This document shows positions 59,124 through 64,000 of a DNA stretch of 64,000 bases, piece after piece. The DNA comes from Candidatus Hadarchaeota archaeon (GTDB taxonomy: Archaea; CAYQAE01; CAYVLA01). The notes below the pieces were generated by a model. That model was not told the origin of the DNA. It made no database searches and saw nothing but the letters and a program-made list of their open reading frames with translations. Where the stretch lies: the NCBI GenBank assembly GCA_964621445.1, contig CAZUNO010000001.1, positions 160,265-224,264 of the forward strand. Direction: 5' to 3'. Numbering within the stretch: the stretch's first letter is position 1; each line of letters starts with the position of its first letter. The translations under genes were made by a program, and so were the position numbers.

Positions 59124-60689
59124 CTACGGGGAAAAGTTGAGCCCGGCAAGCGGATTGCCCTCCAGGTCTGTGAACCTGATGAAGAATCCCCAGGGTCCCT
59201 CACGGTTGAGGACCTTCACAAGAATCCGATTTGATCCGGCATCAAGTTTGATGGGAACGACATCGGAGTCCAGGTGCACTCCTCTGTTTCCCTCGTATCT
59301 GTGTACCTCCCGTCCGTTTATCATGACAAGACCGTCATCGCTGGATCCGAACCTGAGCTGGACCTCTGTACTTCTTGGGGAGGTCACCTCGCAGAGGGCA
59401 TATGCAACGCATCCGCCGGTATAGTCATGGTGACCATAGATCTCCCCCAGTCCAACGGCTCCGGCGTGGGATGGATAAGGTCGCCAGGAAACCTCCAATC
59501 CCTTCCCAGGGTAGACCTCGTCCAGGTCAATGGATCGATCAGGCGGGAAGGTTGCTTCTATTGAGCCTCCAGACGCATCGAAGGGACCTATGATATACCA
59601 GGCCGGAACCATACCCGGGACCTTCCTTGAATGCATGTAGAACCCACGGGGTTGGATCCTGGTTGCGGCCATCTCCTCGGGCTCCCGACCGAGGTCTAGT
59701 GCACCAGTTTGGCGGATCTCGTCATTTATTGATCTCAACTCCTCGACGAGTTCACGGCGTGTGTTCCAGCCCCTGAAGTCCTCCAGCCCCTCCCCGATGA
59801 TTGCATAGGTGCAAAGGGCAGATGCCCCCTCCCTAACGAAATCCTCGACCTGTTCCCTGATCTCAGAGGGTCTGAGTGGAGATAGTTTGCTCATGCGTCT
59901 CTTGCTGGTCTCTGGCTCCCAGAAACCCTGGTAGATCCCCATGAAGGGTATTCCTGGAGCTCTCCGCCTGGCATCGGTCAGTATCCACTGTGTGTCGTAG
60001 CTGGTCATGGGCCTGTCGTAGCCGTGTGCCATGAATGGGTAGAAGTAAAGAGCTATCATATCGCAGGTGTCGGGCCCGAAGTTGCGCAGGGTGGTGGCCC
60101 CGCTGTGGCCCGCTATCACCGGATGGTTTTCGGGATCATTGCGCTTAACGGCGGCGTAGAGCCCCCTCATCGCGGAAAGCGCGTACCCGGGCGTGTCATC
60201 CAGTGCCCAGTAGCCCCAAAGGTTTGGCGAGTCATGGATTTGCGCGATCTCCTTCTCAAGTCGCCCTGGCCAAAAGAGTATCGTGGAAAGCTGGTGCCCG
60301 GAGGACCGGGTGCCGCCGTATCCCCGATGGCAACCGGCTAGCTTGGATTGATCAGCAGACTCGTAGAGGATTAACTCATCATCGATCTGGATAACAGATG
60401 GTCCTGGTAGTGGCCGGCCGTTTGCTATGGGTAACTTTACCTCATCTGGACCGATTTTTTCCGCTAGCCGTGGGCGCCCGTGGATATGTTCCGTAATCGA
60501 ATACATGACACGGATTCCATTATCCCGGCAGAACCTACCTTCAGGTGAGGAGAGGTCCAGGAATGTTTTGCCGCCCGTAACGAAGTTCATCCCGGCATTC
60601 CTTGCCAGGCGAAGGTCCTTTAGGCTACTTGCACCAAATGTTCCCGTGGCTGGTTCACCATCGATTTCGAATTCGGTGTGGATCTTCAT
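59124..60689 (-). CDS. hypothetical protein, possible TIM-barrel glycosidase with C-terminal beta-sandwich
   Basis: 521 aa. The composition and motifs are only suggestive. Confidence 0.25.
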   Translation of the reverse strand: MKIHTEFEIDGEPATGTFGASSLKDLRLARNAGMNFVTGGKTFLDLSSPEGRFCRDNGIRVMYSITEHIHGRPRLAEKIGPDEVKLPIANGRPLPGPSVIQIDDELILYESADQSKLAGCHRGYGGTRSSGHQLSTILFWPGRLEKEIAQIHDSPNLWGYWALDDTPGYALSAMRGLYAAVKRNDPENHPVIAGHSGATTLRNFGPDTCDMIALYFYPFMAHGYDRPMTSYDTQWILTDARRRAPGIPFMGIYQGFWEPETSKRRMSKLSPLRPSEIREQVEDFVREGASALCTYAIIGEGLEDFRGWNTRRELVEELRSINDEIRQTGALDLGREPEEMAATRIQPRGFYMHSRKVPGMVPAWYIIGPFDASGGSIEATFPPDRSIDLDEVYPGKGLEVSWRPYPSHAGAVGLGEIYGHHDYTGGCVAYALCEVTSPRSTEVQLRFGSSDDGLVMINGREVHRYEGNRGVHLDSDVVPIKLDAGSNRILVKVLNREGPWGFFIRFTDLEGNPLAGLNFSP

Positions 60690-60938
60690 ATTTGGCTGAT
60701 TACGGTCTTTCCTGTTAAATGGAGCGCCAAGGCCATCAAGGGAATACCTTCTCCCTGGGATCGGAGAATGACGGGGAAAGTACCACTGTTAATTGTTGAG
60801 GGAATATCGCTTCTTTTCATCATCCATCTAGGTCGGATTGAGCGGTCTTATAGTAGCCCAGGTGCTGAATCTTGTTGCGCCTAAGAACCCCTGTGTCTAT
60901 ACAGCAATCAAACCCCCAGAACTCCGCCCTTTGGATTG

Positions 60939-62045
60939 TCAGGCGTACCGGTCAAGTAACTCTTTCTTCAGTTCCATGTAGTACTCAAAATTGCTGAAAG
61001 GAATATCAGGCGGAATATTGTGATCCACAAAAGGGATATAGCCACCAGAAGAGAGCAGGAAAGGAAGCTTGCTTGTAAGCTCCTTCTCAATGCTCTTTTT
61101 GTCCCTGGCGAGCACTCGTTTGTCAATCCCTCCCATAAGGGCCAAATCATTACCGTATTTCTTGCGGAGAGCAACAGGATTCATCTCAGGTCCGGCTGCT
61201 TGCTCCAGAGGCCAGATTCCAGTCACCCCACCTTCTATGAATAGTGGAATCAATACATCAAAGTTCCCATCACTATCTATATTGAAGATCCTAATTCCAT
61301 GACTGCGCAGGAAACCGATAAGCTTCTTGTAGAATGGTAGGAAGAACTCGCGGAACTGCCTCGGCGATATTAGTGGGGCGCCTTTGTAGGCAAGATCCTC
61401 AGGGAAATTGAAGAAATCGAAATTTACCTCTTTCACTGCCTTCTGGAGCGCCCTGGCAGTAAAATCTGCGAGGAAATCAACCATCTCATGGATGAGGAGA
61501 GGTTGCTCATGGAAAGCCATGGAAAGACGCTTTGTCCCGAGCCACTGGCGCAATGTCCAGTAGGTACCTATATACGCCGGGGGACGCAGCTGGTAGTCTC
61601 TTTCTCTCCAGGTCTCTACCTTTTCTTGCCATAGCTTAGGGGAAGGATATCGCTCGGGCGTTTCAGGATTGTATCTCTGCTTGAGCTTCAAGAAGTCCTC
61701 CCGATCCTTAACGGGATATTCAAGAAACTGTGGCATGAACTCGTCGCTTGTTTTCAGGTGCTTGGCCTTGATGCCATCTGGTCCAATTGAAATAGTGTAT
61801 TCCTCGGTTTCCTCAACCAGTTTCTGCTCAAATTGTGGAATCATTCCAAGATTCGGGGCATCAGCGGTATGGCGGAAATCCCCTATCTCGAAGTAATCTT
61901 TCCAGTCTACTCCACTGGGCAAACCTTCATTATGCCACAGTTCAGCTGTACCTTTCAGTAAACCGAGTTCATAGTTGGGTAGTCTGTCTACTGTTTGAAA
62001 TCGCATTATTCGCGTGAATCTTTCTCTTTCGTTCATGGTAACCAT
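60939..62045 (-). CDS. uroporphyrinogen-decarboxylase (URO-D)-like family protein
   Basis: URO-D/MtaA-family-like layout with a C-terminal GGYIPFVDHNIPPDIP. A corrinoid-methyltransferase-like role is possible. Confidence 0.45.
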   Translation of the reverse strand: MVTMNERERFTRIMRFQTVDRLPNYELGLLKGTAELWHNEGLPSGVDWKDYFEIGDFRHTADAPNLGMIPQFEQKLVEETEEYTISIGPDGIKAKHLKTSDEFMPQFLEYPVKDREDFLKLKQRYNPETPERYPSPKLWQEKVETWRERDYQLRPPAYIGTYWTLRQWLGTKRLSMAFHEQPLLIHEMVDFLADFTARALQKAVKEVNFDFFNFPEDLAYKGAPLISPRQFREFFLPFYKKLIGFLRSHGIRIFNIDSDGNFDVLIPLFIEGGVTGIWPLEQAAGPEMNPVALRKKYGNDLALMGGIDKRVLARDKKSIEKELTSKLPFLLSSGGYIPFVDHNIPPDIPFSNFEYYMELKKELLDRYA

Positions 62046-62318
62046 CTGCTAGGTATCGGCGTCCATCCTTAAGCCCGGTCTGCCGTGGATGTACATATTC
62101 ATCTTGGCGAGCTTCGACAAGGGAAATAGAGTTGGAACTGAAAAGAATTGGAGGGGCGGGAAGAGGAATACAAGGAGATTCTGAATGTGATGTCCCGTGA
62201 AGATGTAGTACCGGAGGAGTAGGTATAGAGGTTTCTTTTTCTGCATGCTTAGACCTTCAGCTTGTAGACATTTTTGTCACGTTGGATAAGTGGCTGTTTG
62301 CCTTTTGTGAGGGGTTGG

Positions 62319-63026
62319 TCAGTCCCGGGAGTTGTCCAAAAGGGAATGATTCACACTCATATAGCCTGACTTGGTCAAGACCTCAAAGACATCCATCCTA
62401 CCGTCCATGTCAGAGTCGTACTCGCGGTAGTTGAAGCCGCAAGGATCGGTTGCTCCGTTGTTCTTCCGGGCAACCTCTGGAAGGAAGTAGCTCCTTTCCT
62501 CTTCACGAGGCTTTCCGTGCTTGTCGAACCAGACAACCCTGTCGTACTTTCCATCACCATCGGTATCGTAGGAGATCATGGACGGAATTCTCCTGCCCCC
62601 CCTGATGAAGGCCACATAGTCGAAAAGCCCGTCTCCGTTCGTGTCCTCCGCCACGGTTTTGGGCGGATTTCTGGACATGTAAGGCGCCAACATATCGGTC
62701 ATCTCCCAGTCGATCCTTCCATCATAGTCCCTGTCCTTTTGCCAGGTCGTTATTCTCTCGACTCCATCGGGCATACTCTCCTCGTGAACTTTGATCCAGA
62801 AGTCTGCGACACCGTCCATGTTCGTGTCGTAGGCCCAGGTCTCGTTTTCTCCATCGTGATCGTAGTCCGATGCCGAGAGAAGCACCGCTTGCCTCATCCA
62901 CGAGGAAAGCATCTTTTCGTCCGTGGAGGGCCCCGGAAGGAGCAAACATGCACTACCCAGGATCAACCCGATAAATAGGACAAGGACAACCACTTTCCAG
63001 TTCAAAAGCTCATCACCTGAGGACAC
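62319..63026 (-). CDS. secreted protein with repeated DxDxDG calcium-binding motifs
   Basis: N-terminal signal or TM. There are at least five DxDxDG-type repeats: DYDHDGENE, DTNMDGVAD, DTNGDGLFD, DTDGDGKYD and DSDMDGRMD. Confidence 0.5.
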   Translation of the reverse strand: MSSGDELLNWKVVVLVLFIGLILGSACLLLPGPSTDEKMLSSWMRQAVLLSASDYDHDGENETWAYDTNMDGVADFWIKVHEESMPDGVERITTWQKDRDYDGRIDWEMTDMLAPYMSRNPPKTVAEDTNGDGLFDYVAFIRGGRRIPSMISYDTDGDGKYDRVVWFDKHGKPREEERSYFLPEVARKNNGATDPCGFNYREYDSDMDGRMDVFEVLTKSGYMSVNHSLLDNSRD

Positions 63027-63141
63027 GCGAAGAAAAACAGCGGCCTTTATTTACGCGGCACCGGAAATGGAACCGATATTGCACCCCCGTCAGCGAACTG
63101 AGCCAGTTTCGCACATCGAATCGTTGTTTACCTGGGGTCAC

Positions 63142-63945
63142 CTATTCTACCCAAATCTTCGCGTAGAAGTAGTTGTACCAGAGGTCGCCCGACGGCTCAA
63201 TGCCCCTGTAGGCTATAGACCAAAAGTCACCTGTCTGACTTCCGTAGTTCTGAACCCAGTTACGGAAAGAATCCTCTGGACAATGGTAGAGCTGTCGGCT
63301 GTACTCTCCTCCCCACCCATAAATGTTTCCAGAATACGAGCTGTGCAGCGTCCCGGCCCAGATTGTCTGGTATCCTACGAGCTGACCATCATCATTGTAC
63401 AACTTAAGGTAAAGGCCGGTATTGGCGCCTGCGTCAGCATCACCACTTTTCTTAACGTCTAGGCCCACATTTACCTTGCTCCATGTCCTTGCGTCTCCAG
63501 TTCCACCCGGCCGGTGCCTCGGGTCTGCCTCTGCAACAGTGGATATCCAAGTAAACTCACAGGGGGCACCGTTGTTATCACGCGCATATGCTTCTAGTGG
63601 GCCATCGCCATAGAGAGATGACTTGCGCCAGCCCGTTAGGGCGTTGCCTCCATAACTAGTACGGCGCATCTTGGTTTTGGGCCAGCTGCCATCACAGTTC
63701 CTACCCCACTCGTAGTCAATGTATCCCAGGGGCTCGACGCCCCCAGTGGACAACTCCTTGAACTCAGGGAACGTCTTGTTCCATAGTATGCTGTCCCAGA
63801 TGGCGTGCTTCTCTTCCCCCGACAGACTGAAGTATCGCTCTAGGAACTCCGGCGAGGTGATGACGGATCGGACCTTAGCTCTCTCCTCATCCGTCATATA
63901 CGTGGTGTACCGTGTTAGGAACAGTTGCCTGATGTCATACGGCAT
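63142..63945 (-). CDS. hypothetical protein (5' end may extend beyond window)
   Basis: 267-aa ORF. The upstream in-frame sequence has no stop before the window end. Confidence 0.3.
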   Translation of the reverse strand: MPYDIRQLFLTRYTTYMTDEERAKVRSVITSPEFLERYFSLSGEEKHAIWDSILWNKTFPEFKELSTGGVEPLGYIDYEWGRNCDGSWPKTKMRRTSYGGNALTGWRKSSLYGDGPLEAYARDNNGAPCEFTWISTVAEADPRHRPGGTGDARTWSKVNVGLDVKKSGDADAGANTGLYLKLYNDDGQLVGYQTIWAGTLHSSYSGNIYGWGGEYSRQLYHCPEDSFRNWVQNYGSQTGDFWSIAYRGIEPSGDLWYNYFYAKIWVE

Positions 63946-64000
63946 GCTTCCCTCGAAGGCAAACCACCTCTTCTTGTCCTCTGGCAGATCCGCAAGGCTT

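Noticed and set aside
1-64000. Search for tRNA/rRNA genes and CRISPR arrays
   Set aside because: By eye, the non-coding gaps (1541..1993, 6138..6509, 17758..18051, 41707..42680, 44397..44766, 51138..51444, 57949..58243, 62046..62318) contain no cloverleaf or T-loop GTTCRAAYC signatures and no regularly spaced direct repeats. A tRNAscan, Infernal or CRISPR-finder run would be needed to be certain.

Overview
This window looks like a chromosomal segment of an uncultivated archaeon, probably from a metagenome-assembled genome; that origin is inference. It carries several archaeal hallmark clusters. (1) A complete archaeal-type shikimate operon on the minus strand (aroA'/ADH synthase, DHQ synthase II, aroD, aroE), with a divergent EPSP synthase and an aminotransferase on the plus strand. 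(2) A mevalonate module: HMG-CoA synthase, thiolase, a DUF35 protein and a class II HMG-CoA reductase. (3) Tandem purP paralogs, a replicative ATP-dependent DNA ligase, and an adjacent archaeo-eukaryotic primase (AEP) fold protein. (4) Amino-sugar genes (GlmM-like, NagB, PMM/PGM, epimerase), serA, and housekeeping or repair genes. The most unusual feature is the roughly 20 kb region from 29.9 to 51 kb. It is a glycan and sulfated-glycan catabolic island: a GH29 fucosidase, two Cys-type sulfatases, a BNR sialidase-like protein, several beta-propeller and TIM-barrel glycoside-hydrolase-like proteins, and secreted or anchored proteins. Its sulfatase-maturase partner, a radical SAM/SPASM anSME-like gene, is broken by frameshifts. 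A UbiA-like membrane gene and an alkaline-phosphatase-superfamily remnant nearby are also degraded. I found no rRNA, tRNA, CRISPR array or obvious mobile element. All calls come from reading the translated ORFs by eye; no database searches were run.
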